From the human T2T-CHM13v2.0 reference genome, Homo sapiens: a stretch of DNA of 64,000 nt. The translations under genes and the position numbers were made by a program. Of this stretch, positions 12,780 to 25,190 are shown in pieces (position 1 is the stretch's first letter; each line of letters starts with the position of its first letter). Under the pieces are notes generated by a model, which made no database searches, had not been told where the DNA came from, and saw only the letters and a program-made list of their open reading frames with translations. The DNA is taken from assembly GCF_009914755.1 (NCBI RefSeq), contig NC_060937.1; one strand, 5' to 3'.

Positions 12780-13103
12780 TTAATGCTTATGGTGTGCATT
12801 TTTATATGCCCCAATCTCCCTAGCAGTTAGTTCAGGGCCATGTGATTTGTTCTGGCCAATGGGTGTGAGCAGATCTTCTGAGTTGAGGCAGTGAAGAGCC
12901 AGTGTGGTTCCTCTGTGGCTCTCTTTTTTGGGTATGGCAACCTTGGAGGCCGTGTGTTCCAGATGGTGTAGCTGTGAGTTTCAGGAGCACTGCCCAACAA
13001 ACAGCAACTTTATGTCCTGTCAAAGCAACCTTTATCCTGCTAAGCCTCTGAGATTCCTGGTTTGCTTGTTGTGGGTAGCAAGTGCTAATTACCTTGATTA
13101 ATA
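12780..13103 (+). mobile_element. MLT1I/J-like MaLR LTR
   Basis: gggccatgtgatttgttctggccaatgg; taagcctctgagatt; ccttgattaata terminus. Confidence 0.7.
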
Positions 13104-13149
13104 AATCTATTCTCTCCACACCCATCAATCAATAAAAAATTCAGAACCC

Positions 13150-13720
13150 TGATTATAAATGTTTTCACAGTTGGTCAGCTAAGAGTTTCTTGTAGATTGC
13201 TATGCATTTAGCATTTTGCTGGGTTTTTTGTTATCAGTGCCCACTCTGAGTGGGTGGAGCCCCCTTTCCTGGTGGGTTATGGACTCCCTTATATCAGCAG
13301 ATGAATAGAGGTTAAGAAGCATCACGAGTCAGCTTTATTTAGTTCTTATCTGGACATGGACAAGGTTACAGTCTACCCAGATATGCAGAGAGTATTCAGT
13401 GCTACATACTCAAGCTCCTTTCCTGGCTAAATTTCTGTTGGTTGCTCCCATTCCTATAACTGGAACATCACCTGTTAATTTCTTAATGTATGTGCACACA
13501 ACAGATTCTTACTATGTATTCTCTGTCTAGCCAGGAGCATTACAACTGCTTCCACCACACCACCTCATTTGGCTATCTGAGTCTTCGGGTTAATTTCTGA
13601 GCAATTAGTGCTGTTGTGGTCATTGGGTTTTGTTTTGTTTTGTTTTGTTTTGTTTTTAGGCTCAATCTTATCAGATTGGATGCCTCTTGCTTTGAACCCA
13701 CACTTTGTTGCCTCACCCTT
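13150..13720 (-). mobile_element. Probable further ERVL/MaLR internal fragment
   Basis: cccctttcctggtgggttatggactccc-like blocks; degenerate. Confidence 0.35.
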
Positions 13721-13789
13721 ATGACTCCTCTATTTCCCTCTTCATCCTTTTATTAAACAAAACTTATTAACTCTGTAATCAGACCAGCA

Positions 13790-13905
13790 GCATTGTGCAA
13801 TAGGCACAAATGTTAGGTGCCTTACACATGCAATTTTGTGCCCAACTTTGGCAGCAGTTGTTTTTATTCTGTCTTCACAGATGAGGAAATGGAGGCCCAG
13901 TGAAG
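13790..13905 (-). mobile_element. MIR fragment
   Basis: cacagatgaggaaatggaggcccag core. Confidence 0.6.
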
Positions 13906-13939
13906 ACACAGGAGAAGTATTAGTGACCTGCTACTTTTA

Positions 13940-16240
13940 GATATAATCTGTATAGAGAAATAATATGGATATAAAAGAAGTTGCTAAAAATAATCGTAAT
14001 ATCTGTATATTGTAAACCAGCAGTCCCCAATGTTTTTGGCACCGAGGACAGGTTTTGTGGAAGACAATTCTTCCACAGACCAGGGGCGGTCGGGGGATGG
14101 TTTCAGGATGATTCAAGCACATTATATTAATTTTGCAATTTATTTCTATTATTATTACATTGTAATATGTAATGAAATAATTTTACAACTCACCATAATC
14201 TAGAATCAGTGGAAGCCCTGAGCTTGTTTTCCTACAAGCTTATATGGGACTCCATATGGGGTTGATGGGAGACAGTGACAGATCATCAGGCAGGCATTAG
14301 ATTCTAATAAGGAGCATGCAACCTAGATTCCTCCCATGTGCAGTTCACAATAGGGTTTGCGTTCTTGTGAGGCTCCAGTGCCGCCGCTGATCTGACAGGA
14401 GGCGGAGCTCAGGCAGTAATGTGAGCAGTGGGGAGCAGCTGTGAATATGATGAAGCTTCCCTTGCTCGCCCACTGCTCACCTCCTGCTGTGTGGCTTGGT
14501 TCCTAACAGGCCATGAACCAGTATTGGTCCACGTGGCCCAGGGGCTGGGGATCCCTGTTGTAAACTACTTAACATTGCTAAGAAAAACTAAAGAAGATAT
14601 AAATAAATGGAACAATATTCTGAATTCTTGGAATGAAAGAATCAATATTGTTAGTTGTCTCCAAATTGATGTATAAATTCAAAGCATTCCCAGTGAAAAT
14701 CCCAGAAGGCTTTTTTTTTCTTTTATCTTTTTTTTTTTTTTTGGTAGAAGTTGATAAGATGATTCTAAAATTTATATAGAAATGCAAAGGACTTAGAATA
14801 GCCAAGATAATTTTGAAAAACAACAAAGTTGGGGGACTCATACTACCTAATTTTGAGACATAAAACTATTGTAATCAAGGTAGTGTGGTAATGGTATCAA
14901 GATGGACAATATATAAGTAGATATAATGGAAACATACATCTCATGTATCTGGTGAATTGACTTTTATAAAGGTTTAAAGGCACTTCAACAGAGAAAGCAT
15001 AGTCTTCTTAACAATTGATCATCCATTCATAAAAACAGGAAAAAAAAAAAGCAGAAAACTCCTTTGATTCAAACCTTGCAACATATCCAAATCCAAAAGA
15101 GATCATAGGCCTACTTTCAAGATCTAAAAATATAAAATTTCTAGAAGGAAACAGAAGAGAACATCTTTGTGACAAGGTATTAGGAAAAATGTTTATAAAT
15201 CCCATACCAAAAGAATAAACCATAAAAGAAAAAAATATAAATTGGACTTCATTCAAATTAAGAACCTCTATTCTTTGCAAGAAACTTAAGAAAATGAAGA
15301 ATATCCACCTACTGGAAGAAAATATTTTCAAATCACATATCTAATAAGACTTGCATACAGAATATATAAAGAATTCCCTTAACATAGTAATAAGAGAACA
15401 AATAAACCAGTAAAATAGGGCAAAATATTAGAACAGGTACTTTACCATAAAGGACATATGGATGGCAGATAAATGCATTAAAAATGTTCAATATCATTAT
15501 TCCTTAGGGGCAGATTAAAACCACACTGAGATAGCACTACACATCTGTTAGAATAAAGACTGACCATAGCAAGTCGAGGGCGGGAAGCAACTGGAACTCT
15601 CATGTACTGCTGATGGATGTGTAAAATGGTACAATCATTCTAGAAAATAGCTAGTTTCTTTAAAAGCTAAACATATAGATAGCAAATAACCCAGTCATTT
15701 TACAGGTATTTACTGAAGAGCAATCAAAGTATGGGTCTATACAAGGACTGAACATGATTATTCATAGAAGCTTTATTTTAATAGTCAAAAACTAGAAACA
15801 ACCCATATGTCCATCAGTGTCCATCAATAGATGAATGGATAAATAAACGGTGGTATAGCTATACAATGGGATACTTATCAATAAAATAAATGAACTATTA
15901 GCACATGCAACATGAGTGAAATTCAATGTAATTATACTGATAGAAGCAGATAAAAATGACATACTGTATGATTTTATTTATACACAAATCTAGAAAATTC
16001 AGATATTTATAGTGACAGAAAGCAGATAAGTAGTTGCCTGGGGATAGGGGGAGTGGAGAGTAGTCGAAGAAAAGGATTTCAAAGGGGCTAGAAAAACGTC
16101 TTGGGATGATGGATATGTTCATAATCTTGATTGTGGTGACAGTTTTATAGGTATATGTATATGTATGACGTCAAACTTATCAGATTGTACTTATATAAAA
16201 TAAGTACATTATTTTATATCATTTACACCTCAATAAAGGT
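13940..16240 (+). mobile_element. L1ME1-like LINE, ORF2 3' part plus 3' UTR, interrupted by MER1A
   Basis: ORF2 blocks (gattctaaaatttatatagaaatgcaaaggacttagaatagccaag; gaagcaactggaactctca), 3' UTR gatgatggatatgttcataatcttgattgtggtg ending cctcaataaag; many stops and indels. Confidence 0.85.
14018..14557. mobile_element. MER1A hAT-Charlie MITE
   Basis: Terminal inverted repeats cagcagtcccca...tggggatccctg; perfect 8-bp TSD TTGTAAAC at 14010-14017 and 14558-14565. Confidence 0.92.
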
Positions 16241-16284
16241 GCTAATAGCAAGTAAATAGGGGATATTCATTGAAAGGCAGGTGA

Positions 16285-16530
16285 TGATAGGGTAAAACAA
16301 TTTAGCTTTGAAGCCAGGATGCCTGGGTTACTAATTTTTTCTTCTCCTCACTGGTTGTATCACTTTGGACTGGTTAACTCTTCTGGGCCTCTTTTTCTAT
16401 GTCTAAAATGGAGAAAACTATTCCAACTTCTGTGGGTTCTTGTGAGCATTAAGTTGGTTTATTAATATAAAGCACTTATGGTACTCCCTGGTATGTAAGA
16501 AGTATTTAACAAATGTTAAGAAATTATTAT
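16285..16530 (+). mobile_element. MIR
   Basis: agctttgaagccaggatgcctgggtt; ttctgggcctc..tctaaaatgg; taacaaatgttaag tail. Confidence 0.7.
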
Positions 16531-16770
16531 GCACTGGGCACCATGTGAAGTGTTTTATGAGAATTATCTCATTTAAACTTCACAGTCTCTGAAACAAGTA
16601 ACAATCCTTATCCTTTGTACCAACATCTAAGTGAAAAGGAGAAAACCAAGCTGCAAAGAGGAGGTTTAACTTATCCCAGATTGGTTACACAGGAGGCAAG
16701 AAGCAGAAGCCAGATTTGAGTAAAGGCAGTCAAACTTCAGAACCCACACTTTTAATCCTGTGATTAAGTG
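16531..16770 (-). mobile_element. MIR, tail-to-tail with the preceding copy
   Basis: aattatctcatttaaacttcac; gccagatttgag..ggcagtcaaacttcagaaccca. Confidence 0.6.
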
Positions 16771-17015
16771 CTAACAGGTGGGGCACTGACTCAAGTGCTA
16801 ATAAGAAAGTTGTCTAGACAGTGCCCATGTTTTCAGAGCATTTCATTCTCTGAGCCTTGTGAAACTATTGAAGACCAACATGTTTGGGCAGCTTTCTGAG
16901 AGTGCCTCTTATGATTACTCCTGGCAATCATCTTAGTGCTCATCAAACCTATTTCTTCTTCCTGGGCACAGGGTCAAACTATTTCCCAGCCTTCTTGTAT
17001 CTGGTGAGGTCATGT

Positions 17016-18437
17016 TGAGAGGTGACAGCATGCTGGCAGTCCTCACAACCCTTGCTCACTCTCGGCGCCTCCTCTGCCTGGGCTCCCACTTTGACGGCAC
17101 TTGAGGAGCCCTTCAGCCCACCGCTGTACTGTGGGAGCCCCTTTCTGGACTGGCCAAGGCCAGAGCTGGCTCCCTCAGCTTGCAGGGAGGTGTGGAGGGA
17201 GAGGCGCGAGCGGGAACTGGGGCTGCGCGCGGCGCTTGCGGGCCAGCTGGAGTTCCGGGTGGGCGTGGGCTTGGCGGGCCCCGCATTCGGAGCAGCCGGC
17301 TGGCCCTGCCGACCCCGGGCAATGAGGGGCTTAGCTCCCGGGCCAGCGGCTGCAGAGGGGGTACTGGGTCCCCCAGCAGTGCCAGCCCACCGGCGCTGCT
17401 CTCGATTTCTCACCGGGCCTTAGCTGCCTTCCCGCGGGGCAGGGCTGGGGACCTGCAGCCCGCCATGCCTGAGCCTCCCACCCACTCCATGGGCTCCTGT
17501 GCGGCCTCCCCGATGAGCACCGCCCCCTGCTCCAGGGCGCCCAGTCCCATCGACCACCCAAGGGCTGAGGAGTGCGGGTGCACAGCGCGGGACTGGCAGG
17601 CACCTTCACCTGCAGCCCCAGTGCAGGATCCACTGGGTGAAGCCAGCTGGGCTCCTGAGTCTGGTGGGGACGTGGAGAACCTTTATGTCTAGCTCAGGGA
17701 TTGTAAATACACCAATCGGCACTCTGTATCTAGCTCAGGGTTTGTAAACACACCAGTCAGCACTCTGTGTCTAGCTCAGGGTTTGTGAATGCACCAATCG
17801 ACACTCTGTATCTAGCTACTCTGGTGGGGCCTTGGAGAACCTTTGTGTTGACACTCTGTATCTAGCTAATCTGGTGGGGACTGGAGAACCTTTGTGTCTA
17901 GCTCAGGGATTGTAAACGCACCAATCAGCACCCTGTCAAAACAGACCACTGAGCTCTACCAATCAGCAGGATGTGGGTGGGGCCAGATAAGAGAATAAAA
18001 GCAGGCTGCCGGAGCTAGCAGTGGCAACCCGCTGGGGTCCCCTTCCACACTGTGGAAGCTTTGTTCTTTCGCTCTTTGCAATAAATCTTGCTACTGCTCA
18101 CTCTTTGGGTCCACACTGCTTTTACGAGCTGTAACTTACCGTGAAGGTCTGCAGCTTCACTCCTGAAGCCAGCGAGACCACAAGCCCACCGGGAGGAAAG
18201 AACAACTCTAGATGCGCGGCCTTAAGAGCTGTAATACTCACCTGGAAGGTCTGCAGCTTCACTCCTGAGCCAGCGAGACCACGAACCCCACCAGAAGGAA
18301 GAAACTCCGAACACATCCGAACATCAGAAGGAACAAACTCCAGACGCGCCATCTTAAGAGCTGTAACACTCACGGCGAGGGTCCACGGCTTCATTCTTGA
18401 AGTCAGTGAGACCAAGAACCCACCAATTCCGGACACA
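17016..18437 (+). mobile_element. LTR12C (ERV9) solo LTR, full length, CpG-rich
   Basis: Starts tgagaggtgacagcatgctggcagtcctcac, ends ccaagaacccaccaattccggacaca; internal tatctagct/CCAAT repeats; perfect TSD ATGT at 17012-17015 and 18438-18441. Confidence 0.97.
17700..18090 (+). promoter_or_regulatory. ERV9 U3 enhancer/promoter core and R-region poly(A) signal
   Basis: CCAAT at 17712, 17794, 17921, 17959; GGGTGGGG 17975-17982; AGATAA 17985-17990; TATA-like AATAAAA 17994-18000; AATAAA 18080-18085. Activity is not shown by sequence. Confidence 0.7.
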
Positions 18438-18711
18438 ATGTGACTAGTTCTTGCCAATGCAATGTGAGCAAAGCAGTGTGTCATTTCTAGGCCAAGGCAG
18501 GTAAGAGTGGATGGGCTTTCTCCTTTCTCTGCTTTCCCTACCCATTTCTGCTGGTTTGTGTTTAAAATGGAGGAGCCACAGCATGGGAGAAGCCTGCTTC
18601 CTGAAAGACCACCTGGAGCAGAGCCCCTATTGCTGACCTGTGCAGAACCATACTTTATGTGTTAAGTCACTGAGATTCTGAGATTATTTATTAAAACAAG
18701 TAACATGACAT

Positions 18712-18770
18712 TGCCAATGTGCTACTCTTATGCCAGTATGTCACTCTTATGCCAATACGTTACTCTTATG
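18712..18770. repeat. 3 x 19-bp tandem repeat
   Basis: tgccaatgtgctactctta / tgccagtatgtcactctta / tgccaatacgttactctta. Confidence 0.9.
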
Positions 18771-18959
18771 AAATATTACCTTTGCTGAAACATTCCATCT
18801 CTTAGAATTTCTAAAATATGGGTCAAATACGTAGACGGACTCTTTTGCTAGGAGATGGACCACAGAGTTTTGTAGTAGAAGTTTAAGTAATAGGAAATAA
18901 TATATAATTAGTAGGAGATAACATATGAATGACACATGGAATAAGAGTTTCAATATTTA

Positions 18960-19216
<257 letters not shown>

Positions 19217-20334
19217 GTTTCAATATTTAAATTCCTTCCAAGTTACAATATTTAAATATCCTTCATCTCACTCATGGAGTCTGAGTGGTGACCAGTGTTC
19301 TTCATTCCAATTCCCTGTTGGCTTTTGCTCTGTGTGCATCCTGTTTCTTGGGGCTTTAGTTGTGGGCATCAGCTCTTGGCTTTCCAAGATCCACAAGAAA
19401 TTGCATAATCTCTGGCCATCTCAGATGTAAAATTATTTCCTTGGGTTGTTTTAAAACCTACCCCTCACATCTCAAAAACCTATTCAATGGGACAGGTTGC
19501 CACCATCTGTTTTTCAACTGCCATTTTTTTTTCTTTCTTGCTCGTTGGAAGGTTTGTCTTCTAATTATTTTATCAGCTTCCCCATTTGTGATGTGTCTTC
19601 TTTCATACTGTGCCCTGTCTGTACTATGACAATTCATGGTCTGCAGACAGCGCTCTGGTTCCTGGCCCACAGCTGGGTTGCAACTCCATTAGTCTCCCGG
19701 CACCAGAGTCTTCTCTTGGGTTTCTGGGGTTCCAAGTGAGAGACAGAAAAAGAACACTCAGCACCCTGGTTTGGGGACCATCTGTGACAGCCTGAACACA
19801 TAGCATTATTTTTATGTTTTCCCTCTTTTCTAGTTCTGTATTGGAAAAAAAAAAAAAAGAAAAGGCCAGAGATAGTAGCCTTTGTATTACTGGAGTTCAA
19901 GAGGTTTAGGGAGAGGACAGCTGTTCACAATGCTGGATAGTGAGGACCTCATGTCATCGTCATGGAAGGGGGCTTGATTCTAGTCATCTGGTTCTGAGCA
20001 CCTGCTGTTTTGGCAGACGGTGATCGATCACTTAGCACAGCACTTCAGAGGCTATCCAGAGGCTATCCAGAGGGGAATATGATCCTATAGCCCTATGCTC
20101 CCATTTTACTGATGAGGAAACTGAACCCTAGAGTCAAATTGAGAGTTCCTCAAAGATAGTCAACAGACCGAAGCCAGTCTGAGAACCACTTACTCCTGGT
20201 GGTTGGAATATAGAAAGTGACAGTAAGTTTTTAAAAACTTTTATGGTAATTTGACAGAGAAATTTTAAGTCATCTAGGCCTATATTTCATATGTCTTTAA
20301 AAGACCAGGTGTGTTGTCATTTGTTTTATTTTCT

Positions 20335-20982
20335 ATAATAAACTTTATTTTGGGAACAGTTTTAGATTTACAGAAACATTCAGAAGATAGTACAGAGAGT
20401 TCGCGCATACTCTGCAGTATCTTATAGATTGTGTAAGACAGTAAAATTAATATATTACATTAGCTACAATTAGTGAACCAATACTGATACGTTATGATTC
20501 ATTGAAATTCATACTTTATTCAGATATTCTTAGTTTTTAACCTAATGTCCTTTTTCTCTTTCAGAATCCTATCCAGCGATACCGTATTACCACTAATCAT
20601 CATGTCTCTTCTTGATTGTGACAATTTCTCAGACTTTTCTTGGTTTCCATGACTTTGAAAGATTTGAAAATTATCGGGCAGGTGTTTTGTAGGATGTCCT
20701 TCAATTGGGATTTGCCTTTCTCATGATTAAACTGGGCTTATGGGTTTGGGGGAGGAAGATCAAAGAGCTGAAGTGCCATTTTCACCACATCATATCAAGG
20801 CTACATACTTTGCACAGGACTTATCACTGTTGTTGATGTTGACCTTGGTCGTCTGGCAGAGGCAGTCTTTGCCAGTTTTCTTTACTGTAAAGTTATCTTC
20901 TTCCCTGCCCCTACTTTCATACTATGCTCTTTTGAAGGCAGTTACTATGTGTAGGCCACACTTAGGGAGTGTGGAGTTGTAG
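20335..20982 (-). mobile_element. L1MC/L1MD-class 3' end
   Basis: aactttattttgggaacagttttagatttacagaaac; gaagtgccattttcaccacatcatatcaagg; ccacacttagggagtgtggagtt. Confidence 0.8.
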
Positions 20983-21330
20983 TTTATTTTAGTGTACTTG
21001 ACAAGAAATTGGTTTGTGATATATTGAAAGTGAAAATGGTCCTCCAACACTGCTCATTTGAGAAGCACTGCTCTAAAAACCCTGTGTAAGGGCACACAGA
21101 AGAAATGCTGGGACAGAGCCCAAGGCATCTTGGCTTCAGTCCCAGGTCCTGTCATTCCCCAGAGCCTAACTTGTGCATCCATCTAACTGTGGGGCCAATT
21201 TGGCTGGCTCTGTAACACCACAGACTACCCCCTAACTTTCCATGAATCTTAAGGAGTGCTTCAAGTCTTGGTGGACGTTTCTGGAATACTAGTTTCCTCA
21301 AACCTTGATGCATTCATTTGTCAGAGTTAC

Positions 21331-21783
21331 TGTTTTAGGTCAGGTTCAATGGCAAATAGGTTCTGAGATGGAGATTTGTACATAGAAAATTCTTTTGGTG
21401 GGTGATAGGAGAAGGACAGGTCAGAAGGAGAAGTCAAACGTCAATGCAGTCCAAATAAAAGCCCCTGCCAATCTTACGGGGAGCTTTGGACCTGGGATGG
21501 CCGTTCAGAGTTGCTCTGAAATTAAGCAGAAAGATCAGCTTTGACTGCCCCCACCCCACCCCACCAAACCCACCCAACACATACACATTGACCAGGTACT
21601 GGATTGGATACTGTCTGTCTTTGGGAGGGAGGTGTCACTGGGAAACGTGGCCCCCTTAGCCCATGGACATAACTTAAAAAGGAACTCAGCTAAGCCACCA
21701 GAAGTCAACACCCCTGGCAGCTGGGGGATGAATACTTAGGACCTGATGAGAGATCTGGATGGCACCCTGCAGCACTTGCCACA
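21331..21783 (-). mobile_element. LTR16-family ERVL LTR
   Basis: tgttttaggtcaggttc..ctgagatggagattt; ggggagctttggacctgggatggcc; TG..CA ends; degenerate TSD gttac/gatac. Confidence 0.75.
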
Positions 21784-22824
21784 GATACGATTACTGTTTT
21801 TAATTCTTTTGCCTTTGTCTTGTGTCTAGATTCCAAGAACCAGGAGGTTGTTTGCTGTACTCTCCCTTGTACAGTTAGCTGTCTCTAGTGCCTGAATGCA
21901 CTAATTGTCCTTTGGGTATGGATGAGGTAATGAAGGAAAGGGATGCTGGGAAGAGAGGCCACATGAGAAGGTTAGTGTGGGTGTAAGACACAATGCAGAG
22001 GATTTGTATTTGTGCCATCTGCCTGCTTCTATGATTCATCTGGGTCTGTGCACCCTTGTAATCAGCAGGCTGCAGCAAACTAAGTGTTGCTTGCTAAAGA
22101 AAAATGAAAGCTGGAATTTCAGCAGGGAAGAAAGTATATGCCCCACCGTGATGAGTACAAACACACAGCATCAGGGAAGCCACACAGAATGAAGCTCTGA
22201 GAAGACTGTTAGCATTTTCCCTCCACGCCCCAGGGGAAAAGGTGTAAGTAACAGAATTAGTCCAATTGGTCAAGAATTCATCTTTCCTGTCACTTGTCTC
22301 TTGTGGGAGTTCAAACTTACTCAGTCCCACCCATTTTGATGAAAGTGAAAAGAAGGACATTTTAATTTAAGAGCAGAAGATGGAACTTGAGGGCAGAACA
22401 AATTTGGCAAATGTAAATTCTTATCCAAAAAGCATGCTTCCTGTACTTGGCACCTTGTTTCCCCGATTCTGCCTGATGTCCATCTCTTTTTCTCATTGCA
22501 GTTTGAATTCAGGCATGTGTCTTTCCTCTCAGCTTCACCATGCATAAGGGGATACTTGGCACGAATGAGCTCATCCTGGCTGATAGGAAAATCTTATAAT
22601 TAGGCAAAGAAACTCAAAAGAACTGAAGCCCTTTTCCCTCCATGAGCATCTTTCACTAACTGGCCTAGGAGTTGGTGCCTACCAGTTGGATTATATGTAG
22701 CTATGGGGCAGGAAAGGGTTAAAGGATTTAGAAAGAATTGAAATAAAAATGAAAATTTTTTCCCTATTAAGATAGCAGAAGTTCGAATGTGAATCACTGT
22801 TTTGCATAATAAGCATGGCCATAT

Positions 22825-23050
22825 AATAATAGCTAACATTGTTGAGTTCTTTCTTAGTGCTGGGCACTGTGCTAAGCACTTTATAGGGGTTATCTCATTT
22901 TATGTTCATCATGACTCAGTATTGTGGATATTATTACAACCCCTCAAGACAGATGATGAAACTAAGACTTGGAGAGGTTAGGCAAGTTGCCTAAGTGTGG
23001 AGATAAAATTCAAATCTAGGTACCAATGTTTTTGAACCACTCCTGTACTG
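22825..23050 (-). mobile_element. MIR
   Basis: gggcactgtgctaagcactt; acagatgatgaaactaagact; gagaggttaggcaagttgcctaag. Confidence 0.8.
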
Positions 23051-23249
23051 CTTCAGTAGCTATGGGATGGGGATGGGGGAGTAGTTTGAATGGGAAAATC
23101 GGAAGTGTCCTCACATAGGCCTCCTAGGGAAAAGCCCTTCTGAAAAGCATCCTACTGTAAGTTTCCTTCTTGTAGCTTAGACCATTTTCTTTTGTGCTAA
23201 CAAGAGAGACCAAAGGGACGGTTGAGATCTGAAACTTAAGTCAGAACCT

Positions 23250-23640
23250 TAAGATTGAATTTGGGACCTCTGATATTGACTCAGAGTCTGTGGCATGAAG
23301 ATGATGACCAAGACCATAGATTTGGATAAGATTGTTCCAAGAGGAAACGTGCAAAAAGGAGGTTAAAGAGTTCAGGCTGGATTTTTGGGAAGCCAACATT
23401 TAAATTAGGACATGTAGAGGAAAATAAGCCAATAGGAAGGTCCAGAAAGAAGAGTTAATCGTTCTGTGGTAATCCAGGAGAGGGAGGTGTGTCGCTATCC
23501 AGAGGCAATGAGGCAAAACTGTCAGCTTGGATGACATCTTGTCTTCTAAGACAGGGGAGGTGGAAGGAAAGATCAGAAGAAAGGTGACTACATTAGAAGG
23601 TGGAGAGGAAGCAGAGTTAAGGAAGTCCACGCCAGGGCCT
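23250..23640 (-). mobile_element. L2 fragment
   Basis: Purine-rich degenerate L2-like blocks (aagaccatagatttggataagattg; ggaagccaacattttaaa). Confidence 0.45.
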
Positions 23641-24344
23641 GTATAATCTTAAGGAAGTAGAATGTTCATTTCTTTGGGGTTTTCACACTCAATTCCTTCC
23701 TTCCCCAAGTACGCCCCAGGTGACACTCAAGCAGGAGTACCTCAACCCAAGAGTAATCCAGCTGTTGACCTTGACAAAATCGTGTTGGCTTGACAGAGAG
23801 AGAGAAAGCTGTGTCTGTGCCTTTGCTGGGAAGCTGGTGATAGAGACCATGGCTGCACGACTGCCAGCTTTCATGTGGCTCGGTTGACAGGGGTTTCACC
23901 CTCTGATGAAGTTCTCCAAACTTTCTTGGAAAACCAGCTGGGCAGGTTTACCTTTTGTCTACTGCCTTGGATGGATCTCATTTCTATCCTAGTTTGGGGT
24001 TAAGTATTTTCTGGCTGCCTCCTGCCCTTGGAGCATCCAGAGACAGGTGACATGTGGACACTCTGCTCACTCCTCTTTCTACTGGGAACTTTGGGCTGAG
24101 GCCAACTCTTGTGAGTGCTAAAGTGCTTGGGGGTTGGCAAATTCAAGGTAAACACTGCCTGACGTCAGACTCCTGTGAGATATCCTACATCCAGACTCCC
24201 AGAGTGGGAGCTTGCAGCCTGGCAGGTCTTCCTTTCCTTCAGTGCTTTGGTGCCTGCCTCATTTATGTGACTGTTAGTTGAATATTTTGTACTTTGAAAA
24301 TATATGAAACCTATTAGTCAGTGGAGTAGGATTTTAGCACTCCA

Positions 24345-24450
24345 ATCTCTCATTTTATGGACAGAGACTGAGGTTCAGAAAGGATTGACTTGTCCAAAGT
24401 CACATGGCTGGTTTGAATCCAGGTCTTCTGGTTCCTAGTCCATAGCTTTT
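24345..24450 (-). mobile_element. MIR fragment
   Basis: gacttgtccaaagtcacatggctggtttgaatccaggtcttctg. Confidence 0.65.
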
Positions 24451-24884
24451 CTCATTTTTATCATGCAATAAAAGGTAGCTCATCACAGAAATGTAAAGAG
24501 AAAGAATGGCGACCTCTCTCCTTTCCCACAATTCTTACCAGTTTTGTATCTCTTGCTCCCAGTTAGACAGGTTGTAATTGACTTTGTCTCTTCATGGAAG
24601 GATACCTGTAGCTCACACCCATAGCTAAAACCAACTCAATCCCTTGAATCATTTCTATTTGCAATCTATTTCTAGATTTAAAAAATTAGTGAACAAATCT
24701 CTTCTTTCTGCAGATAGGAATATACCCTTAGGGCAACAATCCTGGAGAAATTTGACTTAAATTTAAACCAGATTACAAAACACTGGGGACAGGCATTGGT
24801 GGAGTTGGGATGAGATTATCATAGTAGCTCAGCGATGAGTGTTTAGCATAGTCTATTCTAAGTTTATAACAACGCTGGGCATTG

Positions 24885-25030
24885 TTCTATTTTACTGTAC
24901 AGGAAACTGGGTCACAAAGAAGTTAAGTAATTAACCCAGGTCCCTAGGGTTAATTATGTTAATTAAGTGTCAGTGCTGGATTTCAAATCTTCATTTAACT
25001 GGCTCTGATGGCTGTTCTCTTTCTACTACC
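24885..25030 (-). mobile_element. MIR fragment
   Basis: aggaaactgggtcacaaagaagttaagtaattaacccaggtc. Confidence 0.55.
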
Positions 25031-25190
25031 CAGTGGTTCTCTAACTTGATGTATACAAATTTTCTGAGAAGATTATTTAAAAAGTAGTTTCCACCCAATC
25101 CAAGGATTCCGATTCAGCAGGGCTGAGGTAGGTTGGAGAATCTATATTTTAAAAAATGCCCTCAGTGGTTCTGGCATAAAGTGTTGGGAA
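25031..25190. mobile_element. MER5-family hAT-Charlie MITE
   Basis: cagtggttctctaactt start; gattccgattcagcagggctgagg..gaatctatatttt. Confidence 0.65.

Larger units (their letters stand above)
16945..18705 (+). mobile_element. MLT1I/J-like MaLR LTR split by LTR12C (parts 16945-17015 and 18438-18705)
   Basis: Removing LTR12C rejoins ctatttcccagccttcttg..ggtcatgt|gactagttcttgccaatgcaatgtgagc; later gttaagtcactgagatt. Confidence 0.75.

Noticed and set aside
13940-16240. L1 ORF2 as a CDS
   Set aside because: Many stops, frameshifts and deletions; a fossil.
17680-17935. Spaced repeats (tgtatctagctcaggg...caccaatc) superficially like a CRISPR array
   Set aside because: They are the normal ERV9 U3 enhancer repeats; no unique spacers, no cas genes, eukaryotic context.
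16979-18484. Overlapping ORFs of up to 170 aa on both strands
   Set aside because: They lie in or overlap the GC-rich LTR12C, where stop codons are scarce; these are familiar ERV9-LTR spurious peptides.
19645-19775. REST/RE1 half-sites gacagcgc and tcagcacc
   Set aside because: Wrong order and about 100 bp apart.
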